A DNA stretch of 42,367 nt from an uncultured Gammaproteobacteria bacterium (GTDB lineage Bacteria > Pseudomonadota > Gammaproteobacteria > Ga0077554 > Ga007554), in NCBI GenBank assembly GCA_947085925.1, contig CAMTYI010000030.1, forward strand, positions 1 through 42,367, in the 5' to 3' direction. The notes under the pieces are model-generated. The model worked only from the letters and a program-made list of their open reading frames with translations, did not search any database and had not been told where the DNA came from. This document shows positions 23,132 to 30,848 of the stretch, piece after piece (the stretch's first letter is position 1; the number at the start of each line of letters is the position of its first letter). Both the position numbers and the translations under genes were made by a program.

Positions 23132-24346
23132 GTGGCGGTAGGATTGACAGGTTTGCCGGAAATGTATCCGGTGGCAGGCATTCGGCTCGGCACGGCATGC
23201 GCAGGCATCAAAAAGCCGGGGCGGCGTGATCTGGTGGTGGTGGAGTTGGCAGAGGGCGCGCGTTGCGCCGCCGTGTTCACGCGCAACGCCTTTTGCGCCG
23301 CGCCGGTGATCGTGGCCCGCAATCATCTTGCCGCCGCCCGCTACCTGCTGATCAATACCGGCAACGCCAACGCCGGCACCGGCGAACAGGGTATGCGCGA
23401 TGCCCTGGCCTGTTGCGCCGCACTGGCGCAACAAGTTGGCTGTATGCCCGAGTCCGTCCTGCCGTTTTCCACCGGCGTGATCGGCGAGCCCTTGCCGGTG
23501 CAGCGCATCACTGCCGGGCTGCCCGAGGCCTACGCAAATCTGAATGAGACGGGCTGGGACGATGCCGCCCACGGCATCATGACCACCGACACTGTGCCCA
23601 AGGGTGCGTCGCGCCACCTGCTGATAGACGGGCAGGCAGTCACCGTCACCGGCATCGCCAAAGGCTCGGGCATGATCCGCCCCGACATGGCCACCATGCT
23701 CGCTTTTGTCGCCACCGATGCGGCCTGTGATCCCACGCTTTTGCAGCAATGCCTGAACGAAGCGGTGGCGGTATCATTTAACCGGATCACCGTGGACGGC
23801 GACACCTCCACCAACGACGCATGCGTGCTGATCGCCACAGGGAAAAGCACACTCGCACCCATTGCCGGCACGTCCAATGATGCCTATAAGCTACTGTGCG
23901 CGGCGGTCGCCGAGGTTTGCACCGAGCTTGCGCAGGCCGTCATCCGCGATGGCGAAGGCGCCACCAAGCTGATCACTGTTGACGTGCGGGAGGGCGCGAG
24001 CGTTGATGAGTGCGCGCTGGTCGCCTATGCCGTCGCCCATTCTCCTTTGGTCAAAACCGCGTTCTTTGCCAGCGACCCCAACTGGGGCCGGATCCTCGCT
24101 GCCGTGGGCCGCGCCGGGCTTGCTGATCTTGATGTCGGACGAATCTCCATCTATCTTGATGAAGTCTGTATCGTCCGCAACGGCGGCCGCGCGCCTGAAT
24201 ACCGTGAAGATCTGGGGCAACAGGTGATGAAACGCGACGAAATCACCGTGCGCATCCACCTAGGACGCGGCACACATCACGACAAGGTGTGGACCTGTGA
24301 TTTTTCCTATGACTACGTGCGGATTAATGCGGAATACCGGACCTGA
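23132..24346 (+). CDS. argJ: Bifunctional ornithine acetyltransferase/N-acetylglutamate synthase
   Basis: [50 protein letters not shown]. Confidence 0.98.
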   Translation: MAVGLTGLPEMYPVAGIRLGTACAGIKKPGRRDLVVVELAEGARCAAVFTRNAFCAAPVIVARNHLAAARYLLINTGNANAGTGEQGMRDALACCAALAQQVGCMPESVLPFSTGVIGEPLPVQRITAGLPEAYANLNETGWDDAAHGIMTTDTVPKGASRHLLIDGQAVTVTGIAKGSGMIRPDMATMLAFVATDAACDPTLLQQCLNEAVAVSFNRITVDGDTSTNDACVLIATGKSTLAPIAGTSNDAYKLLCAAVAEVCTELAQAVIRDGEGATKLITVDVREGASVDECALVAYAVAHSPLVKTAFFASDPNWGRILAAVGRAGLADLDVGRISIYLDEVCIVRNGGRAPEYREDLGQQVMKRDEITVRIHLGRGTHHDKVWTCDFSYDYVRINAEYRT

Positions 24347-24348
24347 CA

Positions 24349-24365
24349 CAATACTGTTCATTTAA
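24349..24365 (+). mobile_element. Solo IS4-type/MITE terminal repeat
   Basis: CAATACTGTTCATTTAA shares its first 11 nt with the TIR of the MITE at 29697; no partner end nearby. Confidence 0.6.
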
Positions 24366-24397
24366 CCGTTCGTGGTGAGCTTGTCGAACCACCAGCA

Positions 24398-24484
24398 AGC
24401 CCGGATGGAATAAAATGAAATCCGGGGAAATGTGGATGGAGTCACGGTGTTCCCCGGAATCCGCTTGCGCTTCGTCCTGGCTAC
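24398..24484 (+). repeat. REP doublet copy R1 (degenerate)
   Basis: AGCCCGGATGGA..AATCCGGG, spacer containing GGAGT, CCCGGAATCCGC..GCTTCGTCCTGGCTAC. Confidence 0.8.
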
Positions 24485-24486
24485 TT

Positions 24487-24800
24487 GCTGCTGCGGCGAA
24501 GCCGGCACCTTCGCCGTTGCCCGCCCCGACATCGCCACCCAGGTGCGCTTCTGCAAGCAGGAAGAACTGCACAAGGGCATCAAGGCACTCACCGGCGCGG
24601 AGACCGTGGAACACGACGAAGTCAAAATGCTCACCTCCTGTCCCGCCTGCCAGCAAGGCCTGTCGCGCTACGCAGGTGACACCGGCATGCAGACCGACTA
24701 CATAGTGGTGGAGCTTGCCAATAGACTACTCGGCGAAAATTGGCAGCAGATATTTGTCGAGAAAACGAAGCAGGGGGGGATTGAGAGGGTGCTTTTGTAG
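24487..24800 (+). pseudogene. 3'-terminal fragment (~100 aa) of a large FAD/Fe-S oxidoreductase (DUF3683/DUF3400 type)
   Basis: CCGEAGTFAVARPDIATQVRF, TSCPACQQGLSRY and terminal GGIERVLL*; recognisable homology starts abruptly after R1, and the ORF's ATG lies inside the repeat. Confidence 0.8.
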
Positions 24801-24819
24801 GCAAGGGGAAAGCGACTAA

Positions 24820-24875
24820 GTAGTCCGGATGGAGTAACACGCAATCCGGGATTGCGAAGGAGTGACGATCCCCGG
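24820..24875 (+). repeat. REP doublet copy R2 (second arm truncated)
   Basis: GTAGTCCGGATGGAGTAACACGCAATCCGGG, spacer ATTGCGAAGGAGTGACGATC, then only CCCGG. Confidence 0.85.
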
Positions 24876-24983
24876 TACCCATTTCTCTCCTTCCGGGTTA
24901 CCTCGCTGGCAGTTACCGACAGCAATCTGCTTGATGAGATCTCCAAGCGTGAGACGAAATAGAGTAAGGTCAGGAAAGATCCA

Positions 24984-25664
24984 ATGCCAATTCCGAACCC
25001 AATGCGTTTGTTCCATATCACTGCGATTGCCAATCTATCCGCTATTTGCGCGGCGGGGGCGCTACTCTCAAAGAACTCGGGCGCACAAAACGGTATCGCC
25101 TACCAGAATATTGCCCATCAAGGTGCACAGGATGCTCGTTCAATCAAGCAGGTACCGAATCCCCCAGGCGGGAGAGTGCATGATTATGTACCCTTTTATT
25201 TTGCGCCGCGCTCCCCCATGCTTTACGCTATCAATGGCGGTCGTGTGACCGATTGCAACTGGCGGCAAGAGGATATTCTCCACCTGGAAACTACTGTTGA
25301 AAGGGCGGTTTCAGAGGGTGAGGAATTTCTTTTCTACGACCTTAATGCTACTCTGGCTTGGAGCACCCCATTTACCAAATTGCCGGATCTCAATAAGGTA
25401 GCTTGGGACTTGATTTGCGAGGAACCTACGTTGGATGGTTACTGCAAATACTGGCAGAGAAAGATCAATCCTGAACGCTATAGTGACAGGATGGAAAAAC
25501 GTCAGGCGGAATTTTTAGTCAAAAACCAAGTCCCATTGACAAAATTCACCCGCATTGGTGTGATTGATGAAGCAAAGGCGACTCAAGTACGTGCCATTTT
25601 GGTGCAGGCAGGCGTAAACTTGCCAGTCGCGGTCAAACGCGATTGGTATTTTCTGGGTCAATAG
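24984..25664 (+). CDS. darT: DNA ADP-ribosyltransferase toxin DarT (DUF4433)
   Basis: LFHITAIANL, DYVPFYFAPRSPMLY, catalytic QAEFLV, C-terminal WYF; directly upstream of a macrodomain gene. Confidence 0.93.
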   Translation: MPIPNPMRLFHITAIANLSAICAAGALLSKNSGAQNGIAYQNIAHQGAQDARSIKQVPNPPGGRVHDYVPFYFAPRSPMLYAINGGRVTDCNWRQEDILHLETTVERAVSEGEEFLFYDLNATLAWSTPFTKLPDLNKVAWDLICEEPTLDGYCKYWQRKINPERYSDRMEKRQAEFLVKNQVPLTKFTRIGVIDEAKATQVRAILVQAGVNLPVAVKRDWYFLGQ

Positions 25665-25666
25665 AC

Positions 25667-26737
25667 GTGACTATTAAGATTACACAAGGCGATTTATTGC
25701 GGCAGGATGATGTCGATGCCATAGTCAACACAGTGAACTGTGTAGGCGTGATGGGCAAGGGCATTGCACTTCAGTTCAAGAACAAGTGGCCCGCAAATTT
25801 CAGCGTCTACGAGACGGCATGCAAGGCAAAGCGGGTTCGCCCTGGAAGCATGTTCATGTTCGATTCCGGCGGGCTGGTAAAGCCAAACTACATCATTAAC
25901 TTCCCAACCAAGGATCATTGGCGCGGCAAGTCGCGGATTGAATTCATTCATGATGGCTTGGTCGATCTGATCACGCAAGTCAAGCGGCTCGGCATCAAAT
26001 CGATTGCCATTCCTCCATTAGGTTGTGGTAATGGTGGTTTAAATTGGGTTGAAGTACGCTCTCTGATCGAAAAAGCTTTTGCTGACCTGCCTGAGGTGGA
26101 GGTTCGATTATTCGAACCTGCTGGTGCGCCAAACCCTAAGAGCATGGAGGTTAGAACTACGCGCCCACGCATGACGGCCGGGCGTGCGGCCATCCTGAAG
26201 GTACTGAATACCTACCGTGCGCTTGAGTATGGCTTGTCACGCATCGAGGTTCAAAAGCTTGCTTATTTCCTGCAGGAGGCAGGAGAAAATCTCAAGCTAT
26301 CGTTCGTTAAGAATCAATATGGCCCTTACTCGGAGGAATTGCGCCATGCCCTTAATCGGATGGAAGGTCACTTTATCCGTGGGTTGGGTGATGGTGTAGT
26401 TGAAGCGGAGATAGAACCGGTCGCCGAGGCGCTCGCAGAAGCCGAACAGTTCGCTACTGCGAGCGGACATTCCGCATTGGTGCAGCATGTATCCCGCGTA
26501 GCTAGCTTGATCGACGGATTCCAATCCCCTTACGGTATGGAACTTTTGGCGACGGTCCATTGGGTCGCAACACGCGAGCCTAATGTGCGTACGCCTGAAC
26601 AGGCTATTAGTGCCGTACGTGCTTGGAATGAGCGCAAGGCGAGGATCATGCAGCCAACTCATGTGCTTGTTGCGTGGAAGCGGCTTGCCGAACAGCAGTG
26701 GTTGCCGCAGGAAGCAAGCGTAACCCGGGCGCAGTAA
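25667..26737 (+). CDS. darG: Macrodomain DNA ADP-ribosylglycohydrolase antitoxin DarG
   Basis: GDLL..DAIVNTVNCVGVMGKGIALQFK, INFPTKDHW, PPLGCGNGGL; C-terminal QKLAYFLQ, YGPYS, GMELLATVHW; GTG start 2 nt after the darT stop. Confidence 0.94.
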   Translation: MTIKITQGDLLRQDDVDAIVNTVNCVGVMGKGIALQFKNKWPANFSVYETACKAKRVRPGSMFMFDSGGLVKPNYIINFPTKDHWRGKSRIEFIHDGLVDLITQVKRLGIKSIAIPPLGCGNGGLNWVEVRSLIEKAFADLPEVEVRLFEPAGAPNPKSMEVRTTRPRMTAGRAAILKVLNTYRALEYGLSRIEVQKLAYFLQEAGENLKLSFVKNQYGPYSEELRHALNRMEGHFIRGLGDGVVEAEIEPVAEALAEAEQFATASGHSALVQHVSRVASLIDGFQSPYGMELLATVHWVATREPNVRTPEQAISAVRAWNERKARIMQPTHVLVAWKRLAEQQWLPQEASVTRAQ

Positions 26738-26801
26738 CACTCAATCCGGGATGCGACGGAGTCGCGAGCCCCGGATTACGCTATCGCTTCATCCGGGATA
26801 C
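26720..26801 (+). repeat. REP doublet copy R3
   Basis: GTAACCCGG..CAATCCGGG, spacer ATGCGACGGAGTCGCGAGC, CCCGGATTACGCTATCGCTTCATCCGGGATAC. Confidence 0.9.
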
Positions 26802-26823
26802 GCGCTACCATTTTTCGTGCAAT

Positions 26824-27498
26824 TTACGGGGAAAACATTATGTCGAGATCGTCTTTCAGCAAAGTGAGTGTTCCCATAGTGCTTATTCCAACGAGCTGCT
26901 GCAATAGCATGTAGTCTAAACCCGAAAACCCCGATACGCTGTCAACGCCTTCTCGCTGAGCATTGTAGTAATTTTCTAAAACTTGGGCGACGGCTGTCCC
27001 CGTCGATCCAGAATCGATACGTGCCTTAGTGCCAACGAGGGGCTCGCCCACTATTTCTTGATGAAGCAACTGGACATATCGACGGATGGACGCCGACAAC
27101 CACAACCTAGTTTGATCGTGCAAACTGACCCCATTGTCTCCCTGGAGCGTGGCAAGCCCGTCCTCGATCCCCTCAAATACTTCGTCAAGCACATCATGGG
27201 AAACCTGCAATATGGTCGCGACGTAAACGTAGTAGGATGCAACTACAGTGGCCATAAACTGCAAATGAGCCACTTGTGGTTGCGCCTTCAACCTTGAAAG
27301 GAGGCTTTCCTCATGCGTCACGCAACTTTGCTCAATTAAGGAATTTACGCAGGTAGTGGCAGAAGCAAGAGACCACGTAACGCAGTGAAAGCCATATTCC
27401 TTCGGCGTGAGCTGTTTCTTGTCAACGGCGTTGAAGACAAACTTTCGCCTTGGTTTATCAGATGCCCTATCAGAACCAAACCAGCCAAATAACCCCAT
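26824..27498 (-). CDS. Hypothetical protein, 224 aa
   Basis: Long ORF in a lower-GC segment, GGGGTG upstream, candidate promoter; family not recognised. Confidence 0.75.
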   Translation of the reverse strand: MGLFGWFGSDRASDKPRRKFVFNAVDKKQLTPKEYGFHCVTWSLASATTCVNSLIEQSCVTHEESLLSRLKAQPQVAHLQFMATVVASYYVYVATILQVSHDVLDEVFEGIEDGLATLQGDNGVSLHDQTRLWLSASIRRYVQLLHQEIVGEPLVGTKARIDSGSTGTAVAQVLENYYNAQREGVDSVSGFSGLDYMLLQQLVGISTMGTLTLLKDDLDIMFSP

Positions 27499-27534
27499 CT
27501 AATCACCCCATTTGATTGCATGGTCTGAAGCAAC

Positions 27535-27564
27535 ACTCTACTTCGTGCAAAACTGCACTGTCAA
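27535..27564 (-). promoter_or_regulatory. Putative sigma70 promoter for the 224-aa gene
   Basis: Minus strand TTGACA (27564-27559), 18 bp spacer, TAGAGT (27540-27535). Confidence 0.5.
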
Positions 27565-27701
27565 CCGTGATCTTATGGCATTATCAAGGTGTAGGGGTGC
27601 CAAACTTGGGCAAGGGGTAGCCAAGCTCGGGGCTAGCTAAAGGGATAATCATGGAGTGGTGTCCCACGGATTACTACTCGCTAGGCGGGGCCTTATGCGT
27701 G

Positions 27702-28202
27702 TCAGGCCTTTATTGCCAAAACCGATGTTGGCGAAATAACGCCATGCGCCATTAGCGACAGCGAATTCGATATCGAGAACTCGTGTAGGTTCCCAATCTC
27801 AGCAAGATAGGGCAGCGATTCATCCATGAGTGACGCGGCGTTATTGCGTTCTGGATCAAACAACCAGCGGTTATAGCCAGACAGATTTAGCACGCTCGGT
27901 TTAAAGTGTATCATAGCAGAAGAATGTTTCTCGGCTAGTTCGCTTTTCGGGAGCTTAGAAAATACAACGTAGTTTCTACGACTGACATCTCTTTGAAAGA
28001 CATACGGGAAGTATGGCGACGAGTCTTCCACCACCCATTCAAACCTTTTCCCGCGAAAGCGTTTGAGGCCCAAATAATTCAAGAGCATCATTTTTTCGAT
28101 AAAAGTTGCCTGCTTATTGTGATGCCAACAGTACAAAGCACAGAACATGGCGAGGCTTCTGTGCTGCCTCCGAGCACCCTCTCTAATCTCAACTTGTTCC
28201 AT
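27702..28202 (-). CDS. Hypothetical protein, 166 aa
   Basis: ORF with AGGAGA Shine-Dalgarno, AT-richer than the core genes; family not recognised. Confidence 0.75.
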   Translation of the reverse strand: MEQVEIREGARRQHRSLAMFCALYCWHHNKQATFIEKMMLLNYLGLKRFRGKRFEWVVEDSSPYFPYVFQRDVSRRNYVVFSKLPKSELAEKHSSAMIHFKPSVLNLSGYNRWLFDPERNNAASLMDESLPYLAEIGNLHEFSISNSLSLMAHGVISPTSVLAIKA

Positions 28203-28382
28203 GCTTCTCCTAATGTCTAACTTGATATCAACATCAAAAATGGCTTGGCTTTTCTACACCATTGGTGTCTTTGAGCTGTGCACTTTTTCTATGATTGCAA
28301 AGTCGCAATAAGACACATTGTGCGGCGAAGGTTCGCATTCTTTGATGCCGCCGTCAAGTCACGGTGCATGGTCTGTTAGCAA

Positions 28383-28463
28383 GTAACCCGGATGGAGCAG
28401 CACGCAATCCGGGATGCGGCGGAGTGTCGATCTCCGGATTACGCTACGCTTCATCCGGACTGC
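28383..28463 (+). repeat. REP doublet copy R4
   Basis: GTAACCCGGATGGAGCAGCACGCAATCCGGG, spacer ATGCGGCGGAGTGTCGATCT, CCGGATTACGCTACGCTTCATCCGGACTGC. Confidence 0.9.
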
Positions 28464-28508
28464 CCGCTGGAAAGGAAAACCGGGCCGAACGCGACCCACC
28501 CCTCCGTC

Positions 28509-28862
28509 TTAAAGAATAGCCAACACAACCTCCGGCGGGCGCCCTACCGCTGCCTTACCATCAACCACCACGACGGGTCGTTCCATGAGGATGGGGTGCG
28601 TAAGCATGGCGGCAATCAGATCGTCATGTGTCAGTTTTGGATCATTCAGCCCCGCCTCCTTGTACACTGCCTCCTGCGTGCGCATCAATTCGCGTGGTGC
28701 CATGCCAAGGAAGGAGAGTATTTTTTTCAACTCGGTCTTGCTGGGTGGGTTTTTCAGGTATTCGATGACAAGCGGCTCGATACCTTTGTCGCGCAAAAGC
28801 TGGAGCGTTTGGCGTGATTTGCTACAATGCGGATTATGGTAGATGGTGACGTCGGCGTGCAT
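28509..28862 (-). CDS. arsC: Glutaredoxin-type arsenate reductase family protein
   Basis: IYHNPHCSKSR, RELMR, ERPVVV, GRPPE. Confidence 0.9.
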   Translation of the reverse strand: MHADVTIYHNPHCSKSRQTLQLLRDKGIEPLVIEYLKNPPSKTELKKILSFLGMAPRELMRTQEAVYKEAGLNDPKLTHDDLIAAMLTHPILMERPVVVVDGKAAVGRPPEVVLAIL

Positions 28863-28929
28863 GGCGGTTATCCCCGAAGTTTGGATGATTCATTTTATCA
28901 GGCGCGCCGCCCTTAGATGAGACAAATTA

Positions 28930-29307
28930 ATGAGCAGTGACTACAACGTGCAGGTCCAGACGGAATCCTTTTACATCGAGGATCAGTCGATCCCGGAGCG
29001 GGATCAGTATGTGTTTGCCTACCGCATCACCATCCGTAATACCGGAGAGGTGGCGGCCAAGCTCATGACCCGTCACTGGGTTATTACCGATGCCAATGGC
29101 AAGGTGCAGGAAGTACGCGGCGAAGGAGTGGTCGGCGAGCAGCCGCTTCTTAAACCGGGAGATGAATTCCAGTACACCAGCGGTGCGATTATCGAAACCT
29201 CGGTCGGCACGATGAAGGGTAGCTATCAGATGGTCGCCGATGACGGCGGACATTTCGACGCCGAAATTTCGCCATTCACACTTGCCGCGCCACGTGTGCT
29301 GCACTAA
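28930..29307 (+). CDS. apaG: ApaG domain protein
   Basis: YVFAYRITI, RHWVITD, GEGVVGEQP, FQYTSG, PRVLH. Confidence 0.96.
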   Translation: MSSDYNVQVQTESFYIEDQSIPERDQYVFAYRITIRNTGEVAAKLMTRHWVITDANGKVQEVRGEGVVGEQPLLKPGDEFQYTSGAIIETSVGTMKGSYQMVADDGGHFDAEISPFTLAAPRVLH

Positions 29308-29374
29308 TAATTCGCCTGAATAGACGAGGCGGTTGATTTCATGGTAAAAACCTTAACTCCCGCAGCGAATTGAG

Positions 29375-29683
29375 ATGACCATGCACAACTTCCCCTGCCC
29401 GCGCTGCGAAACACACAGCATTACCTTCAAGGATAAATTTCGCTCCGGCTTATGGATACCCATCTTTTGCAGTAATTGTGGCGCGAAACTGACGGCGCTG
29501 CCGATTTTACTGGGGCTGCTGCACGGTGTTTATGTCTGGAACGTTCTGTGGCTTTATGCCACCTACACGTTTGACCTCTCCGTATGGTGGTACCCCATCG
29601 TAATGGTGGAATGGGTGGTATTTGAGCTGTTAAGCATTTGGTACATGCCACTTGCCGTGCTACGATCCGCGCCCCGTCAATAA
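29375..29683 (+). CDS. Small CXXC-20-CXXC zinc-ribbon membrane protein
   Basis: CPRC-x20-CSNC followed by two hydrophobic segments. Confidence 0.75.
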   Translation: MTMHNFPCPRCETHSITFKDKFRSGLWIPIFCSNCGAKLTALPILLGLLHGVYVWNVLWLYATYTFDLSVWWYPIVMVEWVVFELLSIWYMPLAVLRSAPRQ

Positions 29684-29696
29684 GCCCGTCCTGACC

Positions 29697-29788
29697 CAAT
29701 ACTGTTCGGATATGTGAAAATACATAATATAAATCAATAAGTTAGAATTCTTTTTCTGCGCGAAAGGTTGCTTAGCCGAACAGTATTG
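29697..29788. mobile_element. 92-bp IS4-type MITE
   Basis: 13-bp perfect TIR CAATACTGTTCGG (16/18 extended); exact 10-bp TSD CGTCCTGACC at 29687-29696 and 29789-29798; internal IHF consensus at 29732-29744. Confidence 0.93.
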
Positions 29789-29799
29789 CGTCCTGACCC

Positions 29800-30666
29800 A
29801 TGGCACGGATACTTGGTGTCGGCATCGCCACCCTGGACATCATCAATACCGTGGATGGCCTTCCCGCAGAAGATAGCGAGGTGCGGGCCTTAACCCAACG
29901 TATATGCCGTGGCGGCAACGCCACCAATACCCTGGTAGTGCTGAGTCAGCTTGGGCACGCATGCGCCTGGGGCGGCGTGCTGGCGGACGAGCCTGACGGC
30001 ACGCGCATCCTCGATGATCTTACCCATTACCGCATTGATACAAGTGCCTGCCGTCTGGAGGCGCAGGGCAAGGTGCCGACCTCGTACATTGCGCTGAACC
30101 GGCGCAATGGTTCGCGCACCATCATCCATTACCGCGACCTCCCCGAATACAGCTTTACTGACTTCAGCCGCATTGGCCTGTCCGGTTTTGATTGGCTGCA
30201 TTTCGAAGGCCGCGCGGTTGACGAGACACGTCGCATGCTGGAACGGGTACGCGCCGAAGCGCCCCACACCCCGCGTTCGGTCGAGATCGAAAAACCACGG
30301 CCAGCCATCGAGAGCCTGTTTCCCCTCGCTGATGTACTGCTGTTCTCGCGCAACTATGCCCGGTCATACGGCATCGAAGATGCGGGCGCTTTTTTGCGCC
30401 ACGCACGCAGTCTGGCACCCCATGCCGATCTGGTGTGCGCATGGGGTAATGAAGGAGCGTATAGCCTGACACGGGACGGAACGGCATACCACAGCCCTGC
30501 CTTTCCTCCATCTGTGGTGGTTGACACGCTTGGCGCGGGCGACACCTTCAATGCGGGCATCATTCATGCCCGTTTGAACGGTTTCGCGTGGGCACATGCC
30601 ATGCGGTTCGCATGCGAGCTTGCGGGAAATAAATGCGGACGGGTAGGGCTTGATATTGGGTTGTGA
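29800..30666 (+). CDS. PfkB-family carbohydrate kinase (ketohexokinase-like)
   Basis: RGGNATN, WLHFEGR, SVEIEKPR, DTLGAGDTFNAG. Confidence 0.9.
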   Translation: MARILGVGIATLDIINTVDGLPAEDSEVRALTQRICRGGNATNTLVVLSQLGHACAWGGVLADEPDGTRILDDLTHYRIDTSACRLEAQGKVPTSYIALNRRNGSRTIIHYRDLPEYSFTDFSRIGLSGFDWLHFEGRAVDETRRMLERVRAEAPHTPRSVEIEKPRPAIESLFPLADVLLFSRNYARSYGIEDAGAFLRHARSLAPHADLVCAWGNEGAYSLTRDGTAYHSPAFPPSVVVDTLGAGDTFNAGIIHARLNGFAWAHAMRFACELAGNKCGRVGLDIGL

Positions 30667-30725
30667 GGCTGCTGTGAACCTGTTTACCTCAGTTTGTTCA
30701 TTAACCCCAAAAGAGTTCACTTAAA

Positions 30726-30814
30726 GTAGGTTGGGTCAAGCGAAGCGGACCCAACATTGCACTGAATTAATGATTTTGTTGGGTCCGGAGCTTGCACTCC
30801 TTGACCCAACCTAC
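30726..30814. repeat. REP doublet of a second family (GTAGGTTGGGT)
   Basis: GTAGGTTGGGTCAAG..GGACCCAACA / TGTTGGGTCC..CTTGACCCAACCTAC between convergent genes. Confidence 0.85.
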
Positions 30815-30848
30815 ACGCTACGATTTTGCTATCGATTTAGAAATGGAA

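Noticed and set aside
558-24259. Many long antisense and alternate-frame ORFs (e.g. 6948-7883, 14090-15034, 20461-21603)
   Set aside because: Shadows of high-GC core genes with no recognisable motifs
24432-24486. N-terminus of the 122-aa ORF as a real protein start
   Set aside because: It is a translation of the REP spacer and arm, not coding sequence
24876-24882. TACCCAT at the R2 truncation as a fourth copy of the 20-bp element
   Set aside because: Only 7 nt match, which is compatible with chance
24398-28463. CRISPR array or classical integron interpretation of R1-R4
   Set aside because: Spacing is 0.3-1.9 kb, no cas or intI genes are present, and the repeats have REP (GTAG plus palindrome) rather than attC architecture
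28392-28817. 141-aa plus-strand ORF
   Set aside because: Starts inside R4 and is antisense to arsC
24349-29788. Composite transposon from the solo end at 24349 to the MITE right end
   Set aside because: Outer flanks differ (GGACCTGACA versus CGTCCTGACC) and the MITE has its own exact TSD
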